This document shows positions 39,037 through 49,948 of a stretch of DNA of 64,000 nucleotides, piece after piece. Location of the stretch: positions 248,001 through 312,000 of the forward strand of contig BQFW01000013.1 in the NCBI GenBank assembly GCA_020891255.1, given 5' to 3'. Origin of the DNA: Entomortierella parvispora E1425 (Eukaryota; Fungi; Mortierellomycota). Position 1 is the first letter of the stretch. Every line of letters starts with the position of its first letter. The translations under genes were made by a program, and so were the position numbers. The notes under the pieces are model-generated. The model had not been told where the DNA came from. It ran no database searches and worked only from the letters and a program-made list of their open reading frames with translations.

Positions 39037-39861
39037 GAGGATCGAGCCCCTGATAGGTGCAAAAGGATGATGGTGGAAGAGGAAGAGGACGAGGACTGGG
39101 GCACACTCGGCTCCCTTTGACACGTACATGGTACGTGAAGGGGGGAATTGTATAGTTTCGAATACGTATAGTGACACCCTCCCAAAAAAAAACAAATATG
39201 TGAAAAACACCATGTAGACAATTATTAAAAAAATGCATCCAATTTGAACTATGGCCCGAAACCACTATTTCATCATGATGACGGCGACCACTTTGGGAGA
39301 GACTAGACCATATCAGTCATAGCGTGAAAGATCTGAGCATCCCCCGATCTGCAATATCTGTTGTTTGCCAGAAAGAAAAAAAAAAGACAAAAGACGCTTC
39401 GTCACTTCCTTGCTGTGGGATCAGTGCGCCGGCATGCGCGTCATCATTTCCACCTGTCCTGTTGGCATGCGGGGGTTCACTCGAGTCGAACCTCCTGGTT
39501 CTCAACTGGGGACGCGTCCTCTTTCCACGGATTTTTTTTTTTTTTTAGGTTTCAGAGTCGCGGATCATTTGCGCGTCATAATGAGAAGTAATTTTTGCAG
39601 AAGGTGGCAACGGCTCTGTGGCCCTCCGGGGGACTCTTGACCTTGTCGTCACTTCTACATCAGTGTTTCCTCCTCCTTCACAAAGCAAAGTTTTTGGTTG
39701 GAGGTGGGTGGCAAATACCCCTTCTCTTCATTTTTCTTTCTTTTTTTTTTTTTTCGTATAAATACCCCTCCTCTCGTCCAGAAAATCCTACTCATCTTCA
39801 ACTCACTCTACAACACACTTTCTTCCCAACTCAAACTCCAACAAACCAATTTCTCCCTAAA

Positions 39862-40146
39862 ATGACTGATCGCCTTTCCAACACCTACAACTCCACCATG
39901 GGCGGTGCCAAGGAAACTGTCGGCCGCGCCGTCGGTAACGAATCCCTGGCCGGATCCGGAGCCGCCCAGAAGGCCGAGGCCCAATCCAAGCAGAGCGCCC
40001 AGGACGCCGAGACCCATGCCAAGGGTCTCGGTCACAACATTCAGGGCGCTGCCCAAAAGGCCGTCGGAGGTGCTACCAACGACCGCTCCATGGAGGCGCG
40101 TGGACATGGCAACGCTGCCCTCGGAGATGTTGAACGCAACGTCTAA
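39862..40146 (+). CDS. CsbD/LEA-like small stress protein (94 aa)
   Basis: Two G-x-x-K-E/Q-x-x-G-x-A-x-G-N-x-x-L/M repeats (GGAKETVGRAVGNESL; GAAQKAVGGATNDRSM), preceded by TATAAATA at about 39757. Confidence 0.85.
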   Translation: MTDRLSNTYNSTMGGAKETVGRAVGNESLAGSGAAQKAEAQSKQSAQDAETHAKGLGHNIQGAAQKAVGGATNDRSMEARGHGNAALGDVERNV

Positions 40147-40314
40147 AGAAAAAAAATCACCCTGATTTCCTTCCTACCTTCCTATCAACAACCACTCCCC
40201 CTTCCTGGTAACTGTCTGCGATAGATATGGAAAGATGATCGTTTTTCTCTTGCCCACCCAAGTGTCACAGTACGACTGTAAATAAATAACTTTACCAAAA
40301 CAGCAATAAAAAAC

Positions 40315-40397
40315 GGGTCACACGATTTTACTGTTGATTTCTGTATAGAGTTATGAACCTTACGTCTGAGAATGAACGTTGCGTCTGAAAATAGAAT
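40315..40397 (+). repeat. Left terminal inverted repeat (83 bp); TSD ATAAAAAAC at 40306-40314
   Basis: 76/83 identical to the reverse complement of 49586-49668 by manual alignment: 5 mismatches at positions 5-9 and 2 internal. Confidence 0.93.
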
Positions 40398-42104
40398 TGA
40401 CCATTGCTCAAAAAAAAAAAAACTCTGAAAATAGAATCAACCTCTTTGTCTGCTGGATTGGTCTGTGCTGTGGTTTCCCAAGAGGCACTGGCAGCCACTC
40501 GTTGTCAGTGTTCTACTCAAGAAAGAAAAAAACTTACTGTCCTTCGAATGGTCATGGACGTCAAACTGACGTTCTGTTGCTCCTCTTGTCTCTACAAAAT
40601 GGGGCCTGTGCTCGAGCTCACTGAAATGGCACCTTGAATCCCGATCGACTTCTGCCCCCGCCAATCCCTGCCATTCTGACCATTACTACTTCAGCCACAC
40701 TGTTGTCTGCTCACCCATAGGTTCATTTCATCGCCAGGCCAGATCGTAGTTACACCGCTTCCCATCCAGTTCTATTAGGTTCATCATCCACGCTCATACC
40801 CACTACAGGATCTCGTCTACCTTGTAGTATAAACCCCCTTGCCCTTCCTCAGCCTGTAGCTCTCACATACCACATTAATCCTCGTAGTGATTATATGACC
40901 CTTTCCCTTCCACCATCTCTCCTCTGCGTATCCGACTGTGACAGTGAGGCTGATACATGCAGAACCTGTACCTCTTCATCATGCCACTCGATCACATCAA
41001 CCCGTTATTGCGATTACAGGATGCCAACCAAACAACCCACTGCAGGCCACAATAGAAAAATAGAAGAGAGAATGAGATGAAAAGGAGGGGAGAATCATTG
41101 GCAACAGCGAGAAGACTTCGATGCTACGGCTATTTGCGCAATGTGACGGGTTGCAAGCAGCAGCCAGTGTATCCTCGAAATAGAGGCGCCATGAGGGCTA
41201 GAAACCAGATCTACAGTAAGCCTACGGAAGGAGGCTCGCCAAAATCACTGGGGAGCCGACTGCTGCCCTCATTCATTGTGTAGTGTCTTTGGGAAGTTTG
41301 TGCGAGAGTAAAAGCGCGAATATCAGGATATCAGGATACCATGACAAAAAAAAAAAACATTGCCATGCATAGTCTTCCTCCTCTGCCGCTTGACTCCTTC
41401 CTCGATTCCAGACCTACTGGCGCCATAACCCAGGGCGTATACCACAGGCACAACCCCTGCACGGCGTGGGACTATATCTTCCTCCGCCTGTCTTTGGCTA
41501 ACTAAGGTCAACTGTTGTCGCCCCCCTTTCGGTCCTGATCGAGAATCGACACATCAGTATTGCCTGGGGAAGACTTTTTTGACAGTAAAACAAAAAAATC
41601 TATCGTCCTTCCTGTCTTTCCGTTGCAGAATGCTACACCAGTGGCATCTGCCCTGGGCAGACTCGTTAGTCTGCAAAAAAAAAAAAAAAAGATATAGGCC
41701 AATCTGTGCGTTGATCCTAGGATCTCGTGGAAAAAAATGTGCTGCTGCATCCACAAGAGCAAAACCAACTTTGGACACAAATGAATAATTTCTTATTATG
41801 AATTATACCACCAATCACGTGCACACACTACACATCACACGTGACATATAGTGGCTTATCCTCTATTGTTTCATCACAAGCTTCGCCCAAATTGCCATTC
41901 CATCCTCAATTCCCCCGTCCACATCACATTAATTCATGAAGAATTCCAGCACTCACCTCCAGGATTACAGGGATCTCTTTAACTTTTTCAGGGACCCTCC
42001 CAATGCAGCCGATCTAGTTGAAGGAAAAAGAGGTACATAGCTGGTTCTTTTATTTGTCCGAGTTGTATGAGAAACTAGACACCTTCTTAACATATGAGGT
42101 TGTT

Positions 42105-42947
42105 ATGTTGTGGCAGGGGTCTTTCTATGGCAAGGGGATAACGTAGGGAAAGTCAATCCCAAGCACAGTTCCCCAAGATTCCGTCTTCTGCGACCGAAAT
42201 GTAACGGCCAGAACCAGGCATACATTCTGGTCGCTGTAGTGTTCCTTGTCAGGAGATTCCGGGAACTTTTGGACAACCTACCCGGGAAAGATAAAAAAGA
42301 ATTATTCCGGCCTTCTCGAGATGGGTACCTGTTCAGAGATTGGGCCCACGACCTAGGGCATCAAGAGCCAGTTTTTCAGGGAGTGACAGGACAAGCTTAT
42401 TGGTCCATGTACGACCTACTTTTGAAGAAGTATGCCGATTACCAATATATCAGCAGGAACATCGGGAGGGAATACGCGTTCGAGCCAACTATCCTCTTCA
42501 ATTGGGTCAAGGAGCTTTCTGAGCTGAGTGCAACCTATTTCCGTCGTGCTTTTCCGACGTACAAACGCAGTGGCGAAATGTACAGAGCAGGGGGAAATGA
42601 ACAGCAAGAGGATAGAGCGGAAGACGAAGAGAAAAAACGCTCAATCACGGTCACGGTCACGGTCACTATCACGGTCAAGGTCAAGGTCAAGGTCACGGTC
42701 AGTAGAATATGGTGCCATATCAACCACCCTCGCGGATAGGTCGGCCAAACGGATAAAGCTAGATCTCGTCTCTCAGCAATCTGGTAGTTCACGGCCGGCC
42801 TTAGCGGGGTTGGGAAGCGAAACGGATAGAAGTCAACTTCGTTTAGATAGTCTGTCGCCATACATCGGAGAGCAACTTACAGCCATGTCTGACGCGATAT
42901 ACGACCTTTCCCAGAAGGTTATCCAGTTATCACAGCTTTTGCAGTAA
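42105..42947 (+). pseudogene. Second transposon gene: Myb/SANT(trihelix)-like domain, RS tract and C-terminal coiled coil; one frameshift; true start uncertain
   Basis: A splice ataac|gtaggg...gtcag|gagatt gives an in-frame RFRELLDNL...FRDWAHDLG...TGQAYWSMYDLLLKKY. A +1 shift at the A6 run 42632-42637 leads into SRSRSRS...SDAIYDLSQKVIQLSQLLQ. Confidence 0.55.
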
Positions 42948-43525
42948 GTGCTTCAACGTACAACCTAGAGAGTACTCTAGAGAGATATGACTCATGCCCA
43001 TGCCGTCCTGTGATTTGCCTACTAACTGGCATTTCTTCCCATGCCAGCACGGAAGTTCAAACGAGGCCCCCTTTACGGCACGTGCCAATGGCTCCCGTTC
43101 GTTTGCAACCCTGTGAAAAATCCTAATGAGCGATTTCTAGACTGGACGCGGTGAGCACAGGTGGGGTCCCGGAACTGCTCCTTTTGGTATCCTTTCAGTC
43201 TACAGTCATGCCATTGGTCATTGGGTTGGTTCCCGGATGGACGGAGTAACGCGAAATAAAGCCCCGCCTTTCAGCTACTACTGTACTGTACGTATACACT
43301 TTAGTGCTGCTCACTTTCTGGCCTTTGATTTGTTCTCAAGTGATGCTCACATCAAACAGTACCGGAATTAAGCTCCGGCCGGACGACTGCTGCTGCCTCG
43401 CCGCCAGGAAGAACTGCCCAAATTGAAGAAGGCGCCAACTTGCTGATATCTTTTTTCTTCTCTCATTTCTTCATCACCCTTCAACTCTACCCTCATTAGC
43501 TCATTCCAATACACCTTCCTTCACA

Positions 43526-46500
43526 ATGAGCAGAAACCCCCTCTACTCCATCGAAGATATGGATCTCGCGTTGCGAGTCGCTTCAATGGTGAAGGACGCC
43601 AAAATCAATCCCGATAAACTTAGAGAACTTCTCCCTCTAATCAACCGTATTGCTGATCAAGGTGGGGATCGAGAGAGCAAGAGGGCACCCTCCCCATCGC
43701 CTCTGGGAAGAAGCCCCCAGAAGCCTCGAACCGCGAAGAGGGCGAGACGCCTTCTCGCCCTTCCTCCGTCAATTTCTACTTCAGAAGAAGAGTTCCTGAG
43801 CTGGGCAAATCCAAATCGCCGTCTCTCCACCCCTTCTTCCTCTTCTTCTTCGGAGGGTTTTCCCGAGTTTGCGTCGAAAGAAGAGTAAGTAAACATCAGC
43901 TGAACTTTTGAAGCCATTCCTCCTTGTGGCAGTCTACTGAGATTCTTCCTATTCAAAACGTAGAACGCGCGTCAAGCATCAAGATGTCATCACCATCGAG
44001 AGCGACGATGAGTCTCCGTATGTTTCTACTTGTCTTGTTACTGATTTGTACGATCATCATATTAACGTCTAGCCTGTCTTTTTTTTTTTTTTTTTTTTTT
44101 TTTTGCGTAAACGGTTAATAGTGACTCTAAGGTCTGTCGCGAAAAGGACGGTTCGCGACTAAGGTACCAACTAGTGACCGACCTTTGTTCTTTTCATATC
44201 AAGCTCAACTTTCGATATCAAACTGACCATCTGTTTCACCCACTTGTCTATTATTTGCCATTTTCAACGAAGCTACCGCGAAGCAGCCGCTTTTCGTAAG
44301 ACTGACGCTGTTACCCTCCTCGCAGACAGAGAAATTTCAAACACGAGCACTAAACTTACCTTGACGACAACCAGATCTGGGCATGGGTATGTTCAGTTCT
44401 AAAATCTCGAAATGAACGCTTTCCTTGCTAATTTACTCATTATTTCGCCTTTGATCCCGCTTTTCTTTTCTGTCTAGACTTGTGGCAAAGTTTTCGAAAA
44501 GGCTCTCCCCCTCCCCAGTTGCTGCACCTGCTACACTTGCCAAGACCGGAGCTTGTGTGTCTGCCCCGTCAATTGCGCGGTCTATTTCCCCAGTTGCCAG
44601 GTCTGTTTCCCCAGTTGCCAGGTCTGTTTCCCCGTTTAGCACACCTTCAGCGCTCGATAAGACCGTAAATACCGCGCCTGTGGTGCCCACCCCCCCGATT
44701 GCTGCGCCTGTGGTGCCTACCCCCCCAATTGCCGCACCTGTGGTGCCCACCCCCCTGATTGCCGCGCCTGTGGCGCCTGCCCTCCCAGTCGTCGCATCTG
44801 TCAAACCTGCTACTTGCACCAAGTTCGCAATTGACACGGCATCCACTCCTGCGGCCAAACCTATGACCTTACATCCTAATGGATTAAGAAGATCATATTC
44901 TGGGTAAGGGCTTTCATCCCATAAGCACTGTCATCCTTCCTTCATATATCTGAAAGCTGACGTATTCTACTGTGTATAGCCCGCTTCCTGTTTCTCGTCC
45001 TGTTTCTGGCCCTTTTATTGGTCCGATTGCCAAGCTTCCTGTTGCTGGTCCACTTGATGGTCGTCGATTTGCTGGTCATCCATTTGCTGGTCCATATGTT
45101 GGACACCCTGATGCTGGTCCATATGCAGGTCTTGCAGGCCCATTTGCTGGTCATCTTGCTGGCGTCTCTTTTGCTGGTCATCCAGTTGCTGATCCGTTTG
45201 TCTGTTATTACCCCGGCTCTCGTCATGAAGTGAGAAAACCCTGCTCCAGGTATGATGATCAGAAGTTCAATTGACTTTGGTGTGTTCCTTTTTTCTTTCG
45301 ATCTAATCTCTCTTTCTTTTATAGCTCAAATAACCCTATCGTTATTCCAGATGACCTGTAAGTTTTTTTTTTTTTTTTTTTTTGAACGTCGACGACAGTT
45401 CCTTGATCCCAAGCCATGGTGAGGATCGATTGCTAGTGGTCCTAACCGCCATACTCCTATGTTTTATATGCTAGACCTACAATTTCTGTCAGGTATTCGT
45501 TCAAAGATACCCCCGGCGCTTCCTTCCTCGCTAAAAGTGATGGGGTCGGTGCTGAGGACTCACCAAGCGTGGCGCCTGCTCCTACTACAAGAGATACTTC
45601 CGGTACTTCTCATACTTCTGATACTCCTGATGATGTATTTGCGAATGTGGTTAAGTCTCCCTCAACTGGGTATGTTCGCCACTTGATGACGTTTTATGTT
45701 GATCCCTGTCGTCTTTTTTCTGTGTCGTTCTCGTACGTTCCCTGGTATTTATTCAGATTCTTGTCTTTTTTTAGGCTGCATGTCGGTGCTACGCCTGCTG
45801 ACGAGCAGAAACTAAAGTCCTCGAGAGAGGCAGCTTCCTCAGAAAATAGCAGAGGGTATGGATACTACTGCATCTCATCTCGTTCCTCTCGGGGCTATAG
45901 TCTGTCTGCTAACTTTTTTTTTTTAAAAAAACGAATTGTAGAAGCCTCGAGTCAAGCGACGAGTTCCCAAATGGAAACATCAAGTTTAAGCGCAATGTCC
46001 AGGACTATGACACCATTTTACTCGCTCGGAGTGTAGGCTGGGCGACTCAAGTTTACCGGCGCAATATCAAATCTGATGGGTCAATGATCAAAATCCACAA
46101 AAAGTGCCTTGGTATTCTGCGATGCCCAGCTCCTGACTGTCGGTGGGTGCGGCGACCAAAAGTTAATGGACCTGTTGATTACGTCACAGGCGAAACGCGT
46201 ATCGACATGTCGGACACACCCGAGAGCCAATTTTGCGCTATCCACGAGAGAGCTTGAACATCTGCCATGTACAGCTGTCCTGGATTTGGTCGAGGAAGGG
46301 GGATGCATCAAGTTCACCCATCGCGGTTACCATACACATCAGGCACCAATCCCGAAGCGCGCGTCGCAGGATGCGTTGAATTACCTGGAGACGATTGTTT
46401 CTACGGCTCCTGAAAGCAGACCCAAGCACCTTCTCCACAAGACGGAGTTGCGAGACCCCATCAGCCGGAAGTATATGGTATATCGCAATCTCAGCTATGT

Positions 46501-49243
46501 GAGACACCTCCGGAACAAGATCATACACAAGAATCGAAGCGCCAACGACCTTGGTTCGCTAGCGGCTTTGGAGGAAGTGGTCGGGTCCTGCTTCGTAGTG
46601 TCCTCAAGTATTTCATCGTTTGATGGACACATATCAATTGTCATTGACTTTATCCGAGAGCACGCTCAGACACTGGATTCTTCGTTGTCGACGGATTCGA
46701 TTCATGATATTGTAACGGACGACCACTACGCCGATATCTGCGTTACGGTCACCTCGGCCTTCAGTGATTTTTGTTGACCGGACAGTACCGATAACAATGA
46801 CGATCCACCTTGGCAAGACCTCCGAACACTACAAGAAGCATTTCCTGGCCGTATTCGACGTCCTTAATTATCGAGACTGGGACGACTTCGACGAAAACTT
46901 TCCTGGGATGACCTGTGACTTTGCAGATGCAGAGCGAATTGGATTCAAAGACGCTGTTCTTGAGCGTTTTGACATCGCTCCTGAAGACTTCGTTCTCGAG
47001 CGATACTTTGGCTACTGCATTGTCCATTACGAGCGATCGGTAGTCCGGATTCGCAAAAATGGCGCCATTATTCCACCGGGAAAGGAGATGGACTTCTACG
47101 TTGACGCCATGATGCTTGCATCCAGCTCTGTGACCCGCTTCGAGTTCGATAATATGGTAGCCGGATTATTAGAGAGGTTTCCCAAGATCCGCCGTTGGCT
47201 TGACTTCTACCTTCATCAAGATCGTTCCAAGATTATTTTCCCTGCACTTCGGGATGTTGCAGCGAAGGAAACAATCAGTAAAGACACCAACGCCCAGGAG
47301 AGTCTGGGAGGAGACTTCAAGTTATTCGTCAAGCGTACGCACCCAACTTGCTCGATCATCCAGGGGGTCTCAGCGATCGTCAGATACCAGGAGAGCTTCA
47401 TGGAGGACTTCGAATTCGTGTGTCAGGGTGGTGTTCTTCGCTACAAGGACAGCAGGAAGGAAAATCCTACACAGAGGTCTCGATCATCCAGAGAAGGTGC
47501 AAAAAATCGAAGGAAGACTGCTGGGATGAAGTTGCGGGCACAGCACGACAGCTTCGTGCCAAGAAAAGCCACTGGTAAATGTCAAGTACACCAATGACGG
47601 TCGAGCACCGGACACCACCAAGGCCCTTCTTGACGAAGAAACCAACACCAAAGCAAAGGGTGCCAAAAGAAAGCGTGTCATCGAACCCAGGGACACAGGA
47701 AGGGACACCGAAGGCAGAGGTGCAGGACGGCCAAGAGGAAGTCGTAATGTATTGCCCTCCATCAGATCTGTCGGAGATATCGACTGGGATACCTTTGGGA
47801 TCCCATGGAGGAGACAAGAGCCTGTTGCGAATCGATTCACATTCGAGAACAGTTGCCCTGTCGACACAACTTTGATGGCCTGGTTCCTGCTATCAAAATA
47901 TTCTGGGGCGACTCTCCCATCAGCCGTCGCAAGATCAAATGCGGGTCAAACGTTGTTACGAGTTATGGAGGAGATCCGGGCCACACGGTACGACTACGCG
48001 CGAGAGCTGTGGTGCACTGAGGCGATGGAGCTAGCTGGAGATCAGCACCATGACCTCTTCAAGAGTTTGGAGGAGGTATTTCTTGATATTCTACCTGGTT
48101 TGACGCGTTTCGAGACAGTAAGAACGACGGAGTGCACCCGATTGGAATGTCCACAGCGGATCGAAATGTTCACCCCAAGAGCAGTTGTGATGTCGGCCTG
48201 CGCGAGGATTACCCAGAGTTCTTTTGACCAATCATGGACTCGTCAGACTGAGTTTACTTGTTCAACCAAGGTCGACATATCATCTGGGGGTGATTCCGAG
48301 ATGATCGGAGAGGACACAAGAGTGGAGTCGCTGATCAATGTCGATGGAGGGCTTGAGTTTTGGCACGCCTGCGCAGGAGAGAGAAAATCAACAGGGCCGA
48401 TAACTTTGACAACCCATCCCTATATGTTGGTTCTCGACTTCCTTCAATCCGCTTATGAAGTCAATGGAGAAGCAGGACCATGTATACCTCCGGCGTTTCT
48501 GACCATGAACCTCAAGGATTACAAGCGAGCAGCCATAATGTACAGTAACGGGACGCACTTCTGTTGCACGGTCTTTGCTGGTACGGTTGCATTTGTGTAT
48601 GATGGAGCGAGAAGAGGAAGACTCATCCGCAATGTACCAATCAAGTCGGTCACTCATCCCCCCTGGCTACCGAATCATTCATGTTTGGTATATTATTGAG
48701 CGCCCAGACCCGGAGGAGGACTTGTCGCTGATCGCAAAAGATGTCGTTTCGATGGGCTCAAGCAATGGCAGCCCAACTGCAGATGCCGAATCACATAGCA
48801 CCAGTACTGTTGACAGGAGTGATACCAATCCGTGCAAGGAGTCTGCCAAGCCTCAGAAGGGCTCTCCGTCTGTCAGTGCTAATGGCAAGGCCAAGAGTAC
48901 TGCCAGTAGCGAAACCAAGGTGATTGGCACTCGCCGAAGCCAAAGAGGAGAGGTCACTTTGCCACCCTTTCAAGACACTCTCAAGACCCGCCGTAGTAAG
49001 AAGACCTACTACCCTGCTGGTCTTAGTGTTTGTTCTGTCAGCAAGAAAGGGAAGCGGCCTGTTTGCGGTGCTTGCAAGGAAGAGCTCGAGCGCGATAGTC
49101 GCAGGTTTGTTTTTACAACTATCTCGGGGGATGATATTAAGAGAGTAGACAATGTCTCTTACCACTTCAACCACAGCTGCATGGCAGCGCTTCCTGTGGG
49201 CCATCATGCCGAGGCTCAGAATGCGCTAGATAGTGAACTTTGA
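43526..49243 (+). pseudogene. Multidomain transposase gene (low-complexity N-terminus, GCM, MULE DDE, USP-like protease, PARP-type Zn finger); about 10 introns; 4 frameshifts in the last exon
   Basis: The last exon starts at 45942. It contains GCM motifs EFPNGNIKF, GWA, KKCLGILRCPAPDCRWVRRP and FTHRGYHTHQAP; catalytic candidates STDS, TCDF, GYCIVH and TNAQES; NDGRAPDT; NSCPVD with GTHF...YDG; and CGAC...YHFNHSC. Confidence 0.85.
44581..44780 (+). repeat. Coding minisatellites in the transposase N-terminus (21-bp x about 3; 30-bp x about 3.5)
   Basis: TCTGTTTCCCCAGTTGCCAGG repeats encode SVSPVAR; GCGCCTGTGGTGCCCACCCCCCCGATTGCC-type repeats encode APVVPTPPIA. Confidence 0.9.
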
Positions 49244-49585
49244 GCAAAGGAGAGAAGGAAAGAAAGAAGAGAAAGAAGAGAATAAAGCTGGTGATTTTTT
49301 GAACGTCTTTTTGTCTTTTCTGTGAGGCGAGTTTTATTGAGCAAAGTGCGTAAAGTGAAGTTCGAGCCCAACTGTTTACAGCTTGAACAAGTCCAGTCGA
49401 CTATCAAGATGGCTACAAAGCTATATCCCTCTGTCTGTTTTTTCGGTGTCAACAGGCAGCACACACAGGCCAGCTGCTAGTCCTTCGTCGCTGGATTGAG
49501 CCAGGGTTTGGAAGTGGTCTGTGAGTAACGCTGGCATCCCACCCATTCTATTTTCGGCAAACGTTCATTCTCTGGCATCCCACCC

Positions 49586-49668
49586 ATTCTATTTTCAGAC
49601 ACAACGTTCATTCTCAGACGTAAGGTTCATAACTCTATACAGGAATCAACAGTAAAATCTATACACCC
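49586..49668 (-). repeat. Right terminal inverted repeat (83 bp); TSD ATAAAAAAC at 49669-49677
   Basis: Reverse complement reads GGGTGTATAGATTTTACTGTTGATTCCTGTATAGAGTTATGAACCTTACGTCTGAGAATGAACGTTGTGTCTGAAAATAGAAT. Confidence 0.93.
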
Positions 49669-49948
49669 ATAAAAAACCAATGGGAAGTGTCTATAATTCT
49701 TTGGTGTAGATGAAGGAAGACCGTGAGATCAAACTCTCAAGGCCAAAGCGCTGTTGATGTCTCATATTATCATAATCCATCGGCGATTCATTCTTCAGTC
49801 GCCTATTGAGGTTTTTGGTGACAGACGGTGTATTGAATATGAGGAGGGAGAAAGAACCAATGACTATCGATAAAACATGTTGGAAAGAAAAAGAGATGGA
49901 AGTGGAAAGAAAGAAGGGGACGGTAGCGAAGGAATGAGGCAGAGGAGC

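Larger units (their letters stand above)
40315..49668 (+). mobile_element. Complete Mutator-like (MULE) DNA transposon, 9,354 bp
   Basis: Inverted termini GGGT...GATTTTACTGTTGATT(T/C)CTGTATAGAGTTATGAACC..., directly flanked by an identical 9-bp direct repeat ATAAAAAAC (40306-40314 and 49669-49677). It contains a MULE-type DDE transposase. Confidence 0.93.

Noticed and set aside
49531-49590. Metazoan GCM binding site (ATGCGGGT) in the subterminal repeat
   Set aside because: The sequence reads ATGGGTGGGATG, which does not match the consensus.
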